From assembly GCA_964247135.1 (NCBI GenBank), contig CAXTTL010000021.1, forward strand, positions 1 through 34,488: 34,488 bases of DNA, read 5' to 3'. Shown one piece after another: positions 1 through 8,508 of the stretch. The position numbers and the translations under genes are program-made. The stretch comes from an uncultured Deinococcales bacterium (GTDB lineage Bacteria; Deinococcota; Deinococci; Deinococcales; JAAFIG01). Position 1 is the first letter of the stretch, and each line of letters opens with the position of its first letter. The notes under the pieces were generated by a model, which was given only the letters and a program-made list of their open reading frames with translations, did no database searches and had not been told where the DNA came from.

Positions 1-402
1 GAGCATGGTCTGGTTTGGCAAACCCGTTAACGCATCGTAGTAAAAAATATACTCGAGTTCGTCCTGGGCGCGTTTGCGATCTGAAATGTCCTCGAAGGTC
101 AAAATACTCTGCGCGTCCACGGCTTTGGAGGCGGTGACCCGCGCCCAGAACAACCGCCCGTCGCCATGCAACAATCGCAACTCGTAGACGCCGCCTTGAT
201 GCAGCAAATCTTTGAGCTTCGCGGCATCGTCTTGATGCACCAAGTCCACCATCGAACGAGTCCGCCACTGATCGTCTGAAAAACCTGAAAGTTGCTCGAA
301 CGCGGCATTGACCTCGAGCGCGTTGGCATCGCTGCCAACCACCACCATGCCGATGGCGGCATGTTCAAAAGCGGTTTCAAAAGGAGATGGGGAGGGCTTC
401 AT
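1..402 (-). CDS. PAS domain + start of GGDEF domain signalling protein (diguanylate cyclase/phosphodiesterase family), 3' end outside window
   Basis: Not in the ORF track; translated by hand from ATG at 402: MKPSPSPFETAFEHAAIGMVVVGSDANALEVNAAFEQLSGFS...DLVHQDD...FEDISDRKRAQDELEYIFYYDALTGLPNQTML. PAS/PAC motifs are followed by the DxLTGLPN motif that opens GGDEF domains, and the frame stays open to base 1. Confidence 0.88.
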   Translation of the reverse strand, partial: MKPSPSPFETAFEHAAIGMVVVGSDANALEVNAAFEQLSGFSDDQWRTRSMVDLVHQDDAAKLKDLLHQGGVYELRLLHGDGRLFWARVTASKAVDAQSILTFEDISDRKRAQDELEYIFYYDALTGLPNQTML

Positions 403-497
403 GATGCCTTGTATCCTAACGGTTTACGGCGACCCGAGCGAATTGTGAATTGAAAGTATTACATCACCATGCCCGAACGGTTAGGATGGGCAAACGT

Positions 498-1793
498 GTG
501 AATCCTCCAGTCGATCAACCCCTCAACCATTCCATGCCACGTTCCGAATTGATTCGTGCCGCGATTGCGGTTTTGATTGGCACGGCGCTGCTACGCCTTG
601 CCGGCGGCGTGGCACTCTCGAGCCTGGGATTGTACCTCAAATCTTTGGGTTCTCAGGGCGCTGAGGTGGCTTTTGTCGCGGCGGGCTACTACATTGCCGA
701 GTTGCTGCTCGCACCCGTCTTTGGGGCGCTCTCAGACCGCGTGGGGCGTAAAATCTTTTTGGTCGCCGCCCCGCTTTTGGGCGCGGTCGCGTTAATGCTC
801 TATCCCTTAAGCTCGAGTTTGCTGATTTTGTTCTTCATTCGATTGATCGAAGGCGTCTCGGCTGGCGCCGCCGCCCCCGCGACGCTGGGTTACTTGTCCG
901 ACCTGACCGACGGCTCAAAATACCGAGGTCGAATCATGGCATTCTTCGAGATTGCCACGCTGTTCGGACTGCTGCTCGGCGGTACGGTGCTTGGACCTCG
1001 AGTCTGGGACGCGTTTCACACCTCGAGCTACCCAATTCTGGCAGGCATTTACCTGCTGGGCGCGTTGGTCTTCTGGTTTTTCTTGCCCAACGTCGGCTTG
1101 CGCGTCCAACACCGCCGCAAATTCGCCGATTACACCCGCGTCCTCTCGAGCAAACGCCTGCTGCGCTTCATGCCCGCCTGGATTGCCGCCACCGGCGTGA
1201 TCGGCTTGTGGCTGGTGCACGTCCAAAATCAGTTGTACGCCGGTAAAAACTCGAGCGTCGCCGGTCAGGCATTGGTCGGATCACTCAATGGTGCGGGCAT
1301 CAGCTTGGTGCTCGGTGGGTTTGGCGTGGTGTTTTTGGCAGGTTTGTACTACGGTTCGCGCTCGACCGAGCGCCGCAGCACCCCGATGCTTTACGCGGGC
1401 TTTGGATTGCTCTGGCTGAGCTTTTGCATGTTCGTGCTCAACCATCCAGAATGGGGACTCGAGTTTGGCTTCAACATCAACCTGGGCTTTACTCAATTTT
1501 ACGCTCGAGGTTGGTTCTTGCTGCTCTTGATCGGTGCGTTTTTTCAGGCAGGATTTACCCCCGTGGCGCTGGCGTACCTTGCCGATATTTCCCAAGACTT
1601 CCCCGAAGACCGAGGCGTGGTCGTTGGCTTGTACAGTATTTTTCTGGCAGGCGGAAATTTAATCGGCGGTTCGTTCCTGGGCAGTATTTTTGTCGGCTTC
1701 TTCAAATTTGATGGGATCGCCATGCTGACCCTGTTGTTCACCTTGGTTGCCTTTGCCAGCGTCACCATCATTCGTCGGAACTCGAGCGATTAA
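498..1793 (+). CDS. MFS transporter
   Basis: About 12 hydrophobic segments and MFS motif A (GALSDRVGRK). Start is uncertain (ATG 486, GTG 498 or ATG 534). Confidence 0.9.
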   Translation: MNPPVDQPLNHSMPRSELIRAAIAVLIGTALLRLAGGVALSSLGLYLKSLGSQGAEVAFVAAGYYIAELLLAPVFGALSDRVGRKIFLVAAPLLGAVALMLYPLSSSLLILFFIRLIEGVSAGAAAPATLGYLSDLTDGSKYRGRIMAFFEIATLFGLLLGGTVLGPRVWDAFHTSSYPILAGIYLLGALVFWFFLPNVGLRVQHRRKFADYTRVLSSKRLLRFMPAWIAATGVIGLWLVHVQNQLYAGKNSSVAGQALVGSLNGAGISLVLGGFGVVFLAGLYYGSRSTERRSTPMLYAGFGLLWLSFCMFVLNHPEWGLEFGFNINLGFTQFYARGWFLLLLIGAFFQAGFTPVALAYLADISQDFPEDRGVVVGLYSIFLAGGNLIGGSFLGSIFVGFFKFDGIAMLTLLFTLVAFASVTIIRRNSSD

Positions 1794-1797
1794 AACC

Positions 1798-2619
1798 ATG
1801 AAACGCCTTGCCTTCAGCCTGATTATACTCGCCTTCGGTGCGCTGGCAAACTCGAGTCCCAAGCAAACCATCCTCGAGCCTCGCATGTACCTACTGTACG
1901 GTTTTGAAACCGGCGACCCTGTGAATGTGTACTTCGAGCGCAAACAAAAACCCGAGTTTAAAACCGTGCGCGTGCCAGGTTTGACTTTAAAACATTGGGG
2001 TTACTTGACCGCCTTTGGCAAGGATTTGCTCGAGCTTGAATTCAACATCACACCCAACATGGACGCCGAATTCAATTCGATTGTGGTGACCGACAGCAAA
2101 AACCTGACTCAAAAAATTGATGTTGGACCCAACCGAATCATGTACCTCAAGCCCAAAAAAGACTACGAAATCAGCTTTGAATTGCTGGAACAAATCCCAA
2201 ATCAACGCCTGTTTTTAAGCATCAACATGTTTAATGATTCTGCCAAACCCGTCACCATCGAACAACTGATTTACGCACCTCGAGCCGCCAGCACGAACCA
2301 GATTCTCTTAAATCCAAAATACGACCCCAAATGGTTTAACAAACTCGAGGCATGGTCAAAAACCAACGACAGCGCCGCGCTCCCCGCAGGTTCACACTTT
2401 GCCAACTCGAGCGATCTGAATTTAAAACTCGAGCCAGGAAAAGGCTTTTCTGCGGCTGTGGTCGCCGCCTCGTTTCAAGAAAAGTTGCTCTGCAAAAAAG
2501 GATTGACGGCAAAACTCGAGGCGGTGTTTTTGCAGCCTGTGGTGAAATACCGGGTTGGAAGCGGCAAATCGCAGTTGTACCCGATACCCGATAATGTGCA
2601 AGCCAATGTTTGCTTGTAA
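1798..2619 (+). CDS. Hypothetical secreted protein
   Basis: ATG 4 nt after the MFS stop; N-terminus MKRLAFSLIILAFGALA looks like a signal peptide; no family recognised. Confidence 0.75.
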   Translation: MKRLAFSLIILAFGALANSSPKQTILEPRMYLLYGFETGDPVNVYFERKQKPEFKTVRVPGLTLKHWGYLTAFGKDLLELEFNITPNMDAEFNSIVVTDSKNLTQKIDVGPNRIMYLKPKKDYEISFELLEQIPNQRLFLSINMFNDSAKPVTIEQLIYAPRAASTNQILLNPKYDPKWFNKLEAWSKTNDSAALPAGSHFANSSDLNLKLEPGKGFSAAVVAASFQEKLLCKKGLTAKLEAVFLQPVVKYRVGSGKSQLYPIPDNVQANVCL

Positions 2620-2623
2620 AAAA

Positions 2624-3184
2624 TTAATCTGCTTTGATAATGCTGACAGGTTGTTCGACACGCATATGAACTCGTGCAAACGCCTGTGAAAATTCTTGAC
2701 GATATGGATGAAGTAGACGTAAAGGTTTTTGCTGTTTGGCGATTTCTAGAGCGACATTGGTTGGTAAAGTCCAAATATCCAATAAATCCACTACTGCACG
2801 GTTAAATCCTAGCGATTCAAGTGTACATGTGTGTAAAGGGAAAACAGTTTTACGTTTTCCAGACACAATTCCGTTCCAAGTGCTTTTAAGAAAGAATGAC
2901 TCTGCTGTGCCATCACCTTCAAAAGACACAGCGCAAAAAAGGATGTGCTGCGCGTCTCTGATACCGCCATTCTCGGCAATATCACAAGAATGAGAAACAA
3001 CTATGGCTGGTCGAAGACGTACTTGAATGGCTGTAAATTTGCTTGGCTCAACGTAAGATTCAAGTGTGGTTGGCAGAACTGGATACGGCACATTCCTTAA
3101 AATATCGCCCTGGTCTAAATCCTGGCCATCTGAAAATTCGTACCAATCCCACATTCGAGGGGCAAGCGTATCATTCATCTTCAC
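2624..3184 (-). CDS. Conserved hypothetical protein with QGDIL...SHSCD...RLLHPYRQEFSQAFARVHMRV motifs (possible PemK/MazF-like fold)
   Basis: 186-aa ORF overlapping the upstream ORF by 14 nt. The spacing GD-hydrophobic...RPAIVVS recalls PemK/MazF toxins; the fold is inferred. Confidence 0.7.
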   Translation of the reverse strand: MKMNDTLAPRMWDWYEFSDGQDLDQGDILRNVPYPVLPTTLESYVEPSKFTAIQVRLRPAIVVSHSCDIAENGGIRDAQHILFCAVSFEGDGTAESFFLKSTWNGIVSGKRKTVFPLHTCTLESLGFNRAVVDLLDIWTLPTNVALEIAKQQKPLRLLHPYRQEFSQAFARVHMRVEQPVSIIKAD

Positions 3185-3563
3185 TCAAGGGGCGGAGTTC
3201 TCGGAATTTCGGGGCATCACCAAGGGTAACTTGAACCGGCATTTCAATGACTTTGCCAATCATTTGGATTCGAGGCAATGGTTTTAAGTCTTCCTCGAAG
3301 GCAAACATAGACGACTCAAGCAAATGCTGTTTGAGAGCTGCATTTTCACGTTCTAATATTTCAATTCGTTCAGACATAACAAGCATTTCATCAAGCATAC
3401 TGGCATTTGCTGATAAAACGGGTGATTCTTGACCATAGAGATCAATGAAAACATCGTTAGCGATTTCAACAGGTTTTACGCTGATATCAAGCTGAGGTCT
3501 TTTACTGTAGGGAATAACTTTGTTGACAACAGAAGTTACTCCAGATAATAAAACGTAACTCAT
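3171..3563 (-). CDS. Hypothetical protein with short coiled coil and acidic tail
   Basis: 130-aa ORF with ATGA overlap on the upstream stop (3560-3563); coiled-coil-like ERIEILERENAALKQHL. Confidence 0.6.
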   Translation of the reverse strand: MSYVLLSGVTSVVNKVIPYSKRPQLDISVKPVEIANDVFIDLYGQESPVLSANASMLDEMLVMSERIEILERENAALKQHLLESSMFAFEEDLKPLPRIQMIGKVIEMPVQVTLGDAPKFRELRPLSEDE

Positions 3564-3871
3564 CGTTCCTCCAAAAGTGGCTTTTGCTCAAATTGTCCTA
3601 AAATTTCGTTTAGATTATCACGCAAGTTGATTGCGTCATTTACGCCAAGTACGAGTCGAGTAATTGGTGATGCTAGAACGTTCACCTTGTCTGCATTGAG
3701 TAATTTCTCTGCGGTTAAAGCATCGGGGTCAATAAAGCCAAAATTGAGGTAAATTTGAGCGTTAAGATGTTGGACAGTTGCAACATTGGCAAATACGGCT
3801 TGTCTGACACCCTCTGGGAATACGACCTTCACTTCGAGTTTTCCTTGCGACGCTCTATTTTCTGAACCCAT
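3560..3871 (-). CDS. DUF3467-like small protein
   Basis: 103 aa with GAGG RBS before ATG. The pattern VFANVATVQH..IYLNFGFIDP...ITRLVL....A..L...L..IL..FE resembles DUF3467 proteins. Confidence 0.65.
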   Translation of the reverse strand: MGSENRASQGKLEVKVVFPEGVRQAVFANVATVQHLNAQIYLNFGFIDPDALTAEKLLNADKVNVLASPITRLVLGVNDAINLRDNLNEILGQFEQKPLLEER

Positions 3872-3979
3872 GTTTTAATTCCTCTCAATTGAAATTCATC
3901 GTATATCAAATACCTTGACATGAGTGTAACTTCATTTGATGAAGAGACCAAAACACGTGAATCACGGTGCTACGGCAAT

Positions 3980-6331
3980 TCACAATCGAAAACGCCTGTA
4001 CGCCAACTCGAGCACCAACAACAATGCACCCAACACCGCCAACCACGGCGCAAGCGAGAATCCCGAGGTTTTGCGGCTGGCTTCGTACCCAGTCAAATTC
4101 TCGAGCACACGCCCACCCGAAGCTTGGGCAATACGCCGTAAATTCTCTAAACCGTTGCCCGTCTCGAGTTCACGGTTTTTGCTTTGCAAGGTGGTGCGAG
4201 CCAGCACCGCCCCAGATTTGACGAGCACCAAACTGCCCGTGGTGTTTTTTGGAATTTGCGCCTCGTAACGCCCTGGCGCGGTTTGGGTCATGTTTAAACT
4301 CTTGCCGCCGACCCGCAGCTCGAGGCGTTGATTGTTGAGGTATCGGTTGCTGTCCACCGCGTCCACAATCGCGCTACCGCCATCCTGCGAGACCGAAAGC
4401 GCGTAAGGTGTGGGTGCAAGCTCGAGCCAGCGCGTGATTGTGCCGAGCAGATTTGGCAGTTCTGCCCAGCGCGTGAAGGCATCATTCCTCGAGAGGTCGG
4501 CGGTTAAGGCAGCCGTGCGTCCCAAACCTTTGCGGGTCACCGCCAGCACGGGTTCGCGGTCCAAGCCCACCAGAATCGCTTCGGCGTCGGGGTGCAAGGT
4601 CGTGGCAATATATGCGCTTAAAGCTGGTGGAAGGCTGGAAACCCTTGCCAGAGGATGCCGCACCAAAGTCGGTTTGAAGACCTCAAGCCGCACCACGCTG
4701 CGGGTTGCGGTTAAAGCCTCGGTGGTGAAAATTCTGGGCAGCGTGTCAATTTGCAGCGCCTCGTAATAGCGTCCCTTGCCCGCCTTGGCAATCGCTTTCA
4801 AACGTGGCACGTCCGCATCCGAACCAACGGCGATGCTCGAGGTGGTGATGCCCGCGTCGTTGGCGGCTTTGGCGATGCCAGGAAAATCTGGGGGCGTGGC
4901 GTTGGTTTCCTCCGCATCGGCGAGTTGTCCGTCGGTCAGCAAAATAATGTGCTTGATCGAGGCTTTTCGCTCAATTAATGCCTGAATCGCCTGACGGTAC
5001 GCAGGCTCGAGAATCGTGCCGCCCTCGGGCTGGACATCCTGCACCGCACGAAGCATTTGCAATTTGTTGTTGTCGGTTGCGCGGATTGGTTTAAAAACCC
5101 ATTTTGCCGTGTCCGAAAAAGTAATCAAACCCAGCAAATCCTTCGGGTTCGCCAGTTCGATCACGTTGCTGACCCCCTCGAGCGCCAATTCGAGTTTTTG
5201 CGCGTTGCCGCTCGAACCCATCATCGACAAACTGCGATCCACGATCATGACCATTGCCACCAGCGGCACATCGACCCGCGTGCGCAAATCGCTGGCGACG
5301 GGCATCAATTCCTCGAGTTTGGTCCTTGCCCAACCGCCCAAACCAAAACTTTTTGCGCCGCCCGTGAACATCAAGCCGCCGCCGTCGTTGACAAAACGCT
5401 CGAGCAACTGCAATTGCCCCCGCGAGTAATCGGTTGCCGCGCCCCGAATGATGATCGCGCTGGCGGACAGCGGCTCGAGGATGCTGGCGGGCGTGCCCTC
5501 GCGCACCACAAAACCCTGACCGCGCAAGAGTTTGGACATGGCTGGATCGCCGATCACCAGTACATTGCCGCGACCCTCGACCCGCAAGCTGAGGGTTTTG
5601 CTGTCATCGAGTTTTGGTTGCTCAAAATTCGGTTCGATCTTGACTTCCAGCGCCGCCTCGCCAGGGTCAGGCACGACAAAATCAATGCCGACACTCGAGC
5701 GACCCGCCGGCAGGGTCAAGGTTTGCACGGGCAGCGGCGCACCGTTCAAACTTGGCAAGATTCGCACCCGAGCCGCCTGAGACAAGCCAATCACCGCCGT
5801 CGCTCGAGCCGTTGCGCCCTTGCTTAAAGAATTTGGCGCGATCAACTCCGCCACGCTGGCGTTCTGGCGCGAGGTTAAAGGCAGGACGTCCACTGGTACG
5901 CCAGGCAGCCGCTCGAGCGCGTTGGCGGTGGTGCTGTTGCCATCCGAAACCAACAGCACCCGCGTACCCTCGTAAGCCTGCGCCACCTGAAGCGCATTGC
6001 CAATATCGGTTTGGCTCGTCTCGAGCGCATCCCTCGGCGTCCCAGCCACCCCCGCCTGACCCGCGAACTCGAGCCTCGCACTGGCAGAAATACGCGCCAA
6101 CGTTTGCGGCGGGGGACTGGCGGAATCACTGACATCCGTCAAAATCACCAAACCCGCCCGAGCCGTCTCGAGGTTCGGGCTGGACGCCGCAAACGCCAAA
6201 ACCAGCAGAGCGATAGACCGCAAAACACCCGTCACGCCGCGAACGATTTGCGCTCGAGAGACGATCAACGCCGCAACAAAAATGATGAGCGCCAAAATCA
6301 AAATCCAAGGTTGCTCGAGGTGCAAGATCAT
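3980..6331 (-). CDS. Membrane-anchored vWA domain protein with central glutamine-amidotransferase-like domain
   Basis: N- and C-terminal TM helices; MIDAS motifs DVSDS and DRSLS...GGT...LLTDG; FVNDGGGLMFTGGAKSFGLGGW segment. Start at ATG 6331 or GTG 6340. Confidence 0.88.
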   Translation of the reverse strand: MILHLEQPWILILALIIFVAALIVSRAQIVRGVTGVLRSIALLVLAFAASSPNLETARAGLVILTDVSDSASPPPQTLARISASARLEFAGQAGVAGTPRDALETSQTDIGNALQVAQAYEGTRVLLVSDGNSTTANALERLPGVPVDVLPLTSRQNASVAELIAPNSLSKGATARATAVIGLSQAARVRILPSLNGAPLPVQTLTLPAGRSSVGIDFVVPDPGEAALEVKIEPNFEQPKLDDSKTLSLRVEGRGNVLVIGDPAMSKLLRGQGFVVREGTPASILEPLSASAIIIRGAATDYSRGQLQLLERFVNDGGGLMFTGGAKSFGLGGWARTKLEELMPVASDLRTRVDVPLVAMVMIVDRSLSMMGSSGNAQKLELALEGVSNVIELANPKDLLGLITFSDTAKWVFKPIRATDNNKLQMLRAVQDVQPEGGTILEPAYRQAIQALIERKASIKHIILLTDGQLADAEETNATPPDFPGIAKAANDAGITTSSIAVGSDADVPRLKAIAKAGKGRYYEALQIDTLPRIFTTEALTATRSVVRLEVFKPTLVRHPLARVSSLPPALSAYIATTLHPDAEAILVGLDREPVLAVTRKGLGRTAALTADLSRNDAFTRWAELPNLLGTITRWLELAPTPYALSVSQDGGSAIVDAVDSNRYLNNQRLELRVGGKSLNMTQTAPGRYEAQIPKNTTGSLVLVKSGAVLARTTLQSKNRELETGNGLENLRRIAQASGGRVLENLTGYEASRKTSGFSLAPWLAVLGALLLVLELAYRRFRL

Positions 6332-6699
6332 GAGGGACACCCAGTCATCATTTGTCGCATAGACATAAGATCGTTACGCTGTTTCCCTCTCATCCCCAGC
6401 CCTTCTCTCCCAGGAGAGAAGGGAGTTTTATTGCTTCCTAAAGGGATGAAAATTTTGTTTTTCATTCTTTTTTTAAAGCAGGCGAAAAAATTTTTAGGAA
6501 GCGATATTTCGGCATCTCGAGATTTGCAGGCAGCTCCCTTCTCCTGATGTTGGGAGAAGCGGTTTCGCCCGAAGGTGCGTCTTGAAATCAAGAAGGGTCG
6601 GGGATGAGGGTAGAGAGGGTCGCTGCTGATTTTTGCGTCCATGAAGGAAAATGCGATTGAGTTCGAGTCTTCACCAAAAACCGTTTCTCGAGCTTTCAT
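6328..6699 (-). CDS. Putative repeat-derived ORF (123 aa), translationally coupled at both ends
   Basis: ATGA overlaps with both neighbours (6696-6699 and 6328-6331). The sequence is largely built from palindromic repeats; coding status uncertain. Confidence 0.3.
   Translation of the reverse strand: MKARETVFGEDSNSIAFSFMDAKISSDPLYPHPRPFLISRRTFGRNRFSQHQEKGAACKSRDAEISLPKNFFACFKKRMKNKIFIPLGSNKTPFSPGREGLGMRGKQRNDLMSMRQMMTGCPS
6385..6610. repeat. Inverted pair of REP-like palindromic elements (CCCTC.TCCCC.GCCCTTCTCTCC..GGAGAGAAGGG type)
   Basis: Copy 1 at 6385-6425 has hairpin CCCTTCTCTCC-CA-GGAGAGAAGGG (6400-6423). The inverted copy at 6534-6610 (CTCCCTTCTCC...GGGAGAAG...GGGTCGGGGATGAGGG) is interrupted by about 35 bp. 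An AT-rich spacer lies between them. Confidence 0.7.
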
Positions 6700-8408
6700 G
6701 ACACACCCTTTGCACGCCAGAAATTCAAATCAATTCTCCCGCCACCTCGCAAGAACGCCTCGAGCGCCAAAGCGATGACAGACAGCAGCAACAACCAAGC
6801 CCGAGCGCTCGAGTCTTGAATGGGCGCGGCACTTAAATTTGAGGGTTTGGCTTTGCCGATTTCAAAAATTTTACTTTCACCGTTCACGATTTTGGTTTGT
6901 TCGCTCGAGTTGAGGCTGGCGGTGTAACGCCGCCCCGCAACGTTGTACACCCCTGGAACGAGCGCTCGGGTTAAGCCTGGTGCGCTCGAGTTGTTTAAAA
7001 TAACTTCAACGTCGTTGCTGGCGGGCAGGTTCGCGCCGAGTTTGAGGGTTTCGACGCCAATAAATTCCTCGAGCGCGTTGAAGATCAAAACTGGAAAGGC
7101 AGGGTTGGAACGCAAGTCGCTGTCGAGCGGGTGGGCGGCAATGTAGACGGCTCGGACGCCTGGCGCGTCGCCGCGTTGAATGAAAGCACTCGAACCAACC
7201 CGAGCCAGAACGTTCCAACCGCCATCGAGCAATTCTGGGGCTGGCACGCTCGAGATTCTGGCACGCACGCCCTCGAGGTTGGCAAAGCGCAACAGGTTGT
7301 TGGTGGCATCCCAGCCCGATACGACCTCAAGTTTGGGCAGCGTTTGCCCTTTGATTGGATTTTGTGGCGCGAGCGGCGCGAAAATGATGTAATTGCCAGC
7401 AGGTAAACTCTTTGGCACAACCCCAACCAGCACCATCGCGTCAAAACCGGCACTCGAGGCTGGCGGCAGGTTTTGAACGGCGGCACGAACGCCAGGCACG
7501 CTGACCACGGCGCGAAGCACGTCGTCTTGTTGCGGGCTGACGAGCACCCGCCCCGCACCTTGTACCGCATAGGCGCTGTCGTCCAGCTCGAGCGCATCCT
7601 GATTTTTGGGCAAACTGAGTTTGTACTCGCCTGGTTCGACCTCGACCTGTGGCGTCCAAATCGCCCGTGTGCTGCCAGAAACCCGCAACGCTTGGCTGGC
7701 GATCACGTTCCCGTTGCGCTCGAGTTTGACCTGCACCGTTTTGGGGCTGTTCGCGTTGGATTCAATCGCGGCAAACAACTGCTTGCCGCGCACCTGAAAC
7801 GCCGTAATGCCAAGGTTGTCGCCGTTGCCGCGAATGGCATGAAAAACCCCAGCAAAACCCGTCGGCGGCTCGAGGCTGGAAAAAACGTGCGCCTCGGCGT
7901 TGGGCAACAATGCCGCCGCCAGTTTGATCGCCCCCTCGAGATCGCTGCCCGCATCGCCCGCTTGAAGTTTCTCGAGGTTTACACGGGCATCGGACACGCT
8001 GGCGCTGGAAACCACGGTTGCACCCAAACCTGCCCGCACGATCACCACGCGCCGCGCACCAGACAATAATTTTTTTGCCTCGAGCAACGCCGCCTCAAAA
8101 CGAGACGGTTTGACATCCGTGCTGCGCATCATCGCGCTGGCATCCACAATGATGGCAATGTCGCGCCCTGGCAGCTCGAGCCGAGGGCTGGCGGCGCCCA
8201 AACTGGCGGCGATCACGGTTAAAAGTTGCAACAACAACAAAATGTTCGGCGAGAACCGCGCTTTGCGGCTGGGGGCTTCCTCCCGCGACCACAACCACAA
8301 GGCACTGACGGTACGTTCACGGCGGGCTTGCCGAATAAAATGCAAGGCAATCACCACGGGTACGAACAGCAACCCCAGCAAGAACAATGGCGCGGCAAAA
8401 GTCAGCAT
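6696..8408 (-). CDS. BatA-type N-terminal domain + vWA domain membrane protein
   Basis: MLTFAAPLFLLGLLFVPVVIALHFIRQ...VSALWLW...LLLLQLL...ASPR is the BatA/aerotolerance N-terminal pattern; vWA motif IIVDASAMM; C-terminal TM helix. Confidence 0.85.
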   Translation of the reverse strand: MLTFAAPLFLLGLLFVPVVIALHFIRQARRERTVSALWLWSREEAPSRKARFSPNILLLLQLLTVIAASLGAASPRLELPGRDIAIIVDASAMMRSTDVKPSRFEAALLEAKKLLSGARRVVIVRAGLGATVVSSASVSDARVNLEKLQAGDAGSDLEGAIKLAAALLPNAEAHVFSSLEPPTGFAGVFHAIRGNGDNLGITAFQVRGKQLFAAIESNANSPKTVQVKLERNGNVIASQALRVSGSTRAIWTPQVEVEPGEYKLSLPKNQDALELDDSAYAVQGAGRVLVSPQQDDVLRAVVSVPGVRAAVQNLPPASSAGFDAMVLVGVVPKSLPAGNYIIFAPLAPQNPIKGQTLPKLEVVSGWDATNNLLRFANLEGVRARISSVPAPELLDGGWNVLARVGSSAFIQRGDAPGVRAVYIAAHPLDSDLRSNPAFPVLIFNALEEFIGVETLKLGANLPASNDVEVILNNSSAPGLTRALVPGVYNVAGRRYTASLNSSEQTKIVNGESKIFEIGKAKPSNLSAAPIQDSSARAWLLLLSVIALALEAFLRGGGRIDLNFWRAKGVS

Positions 8409-8508
8409 GAACCGAACCAAATCCTACACCTCGAGCATGGCAAAACCGTGACGAAAGCATTTTTTATCAGGCTTTGCACTTTCGCGCCCAAAGCTCGAGA
8501 ATGAGGGT

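Noticed and set aside
99-380. 93-aa ORF from the track, and other overlapping or antisense ORFs such as 5057..5827, 9847..10491, 18721..19314 and 19967..20455
   Set aside because: They are shadow frames of well-supported genes and have no recognisable motifs.
2600-3980. Transposase, integrase or target-site duplication bounding the AT-rich island
   Set aside because: No mobility gene or convincing flanking direct repeat was visible, so the insertion mechanism is unsupported.
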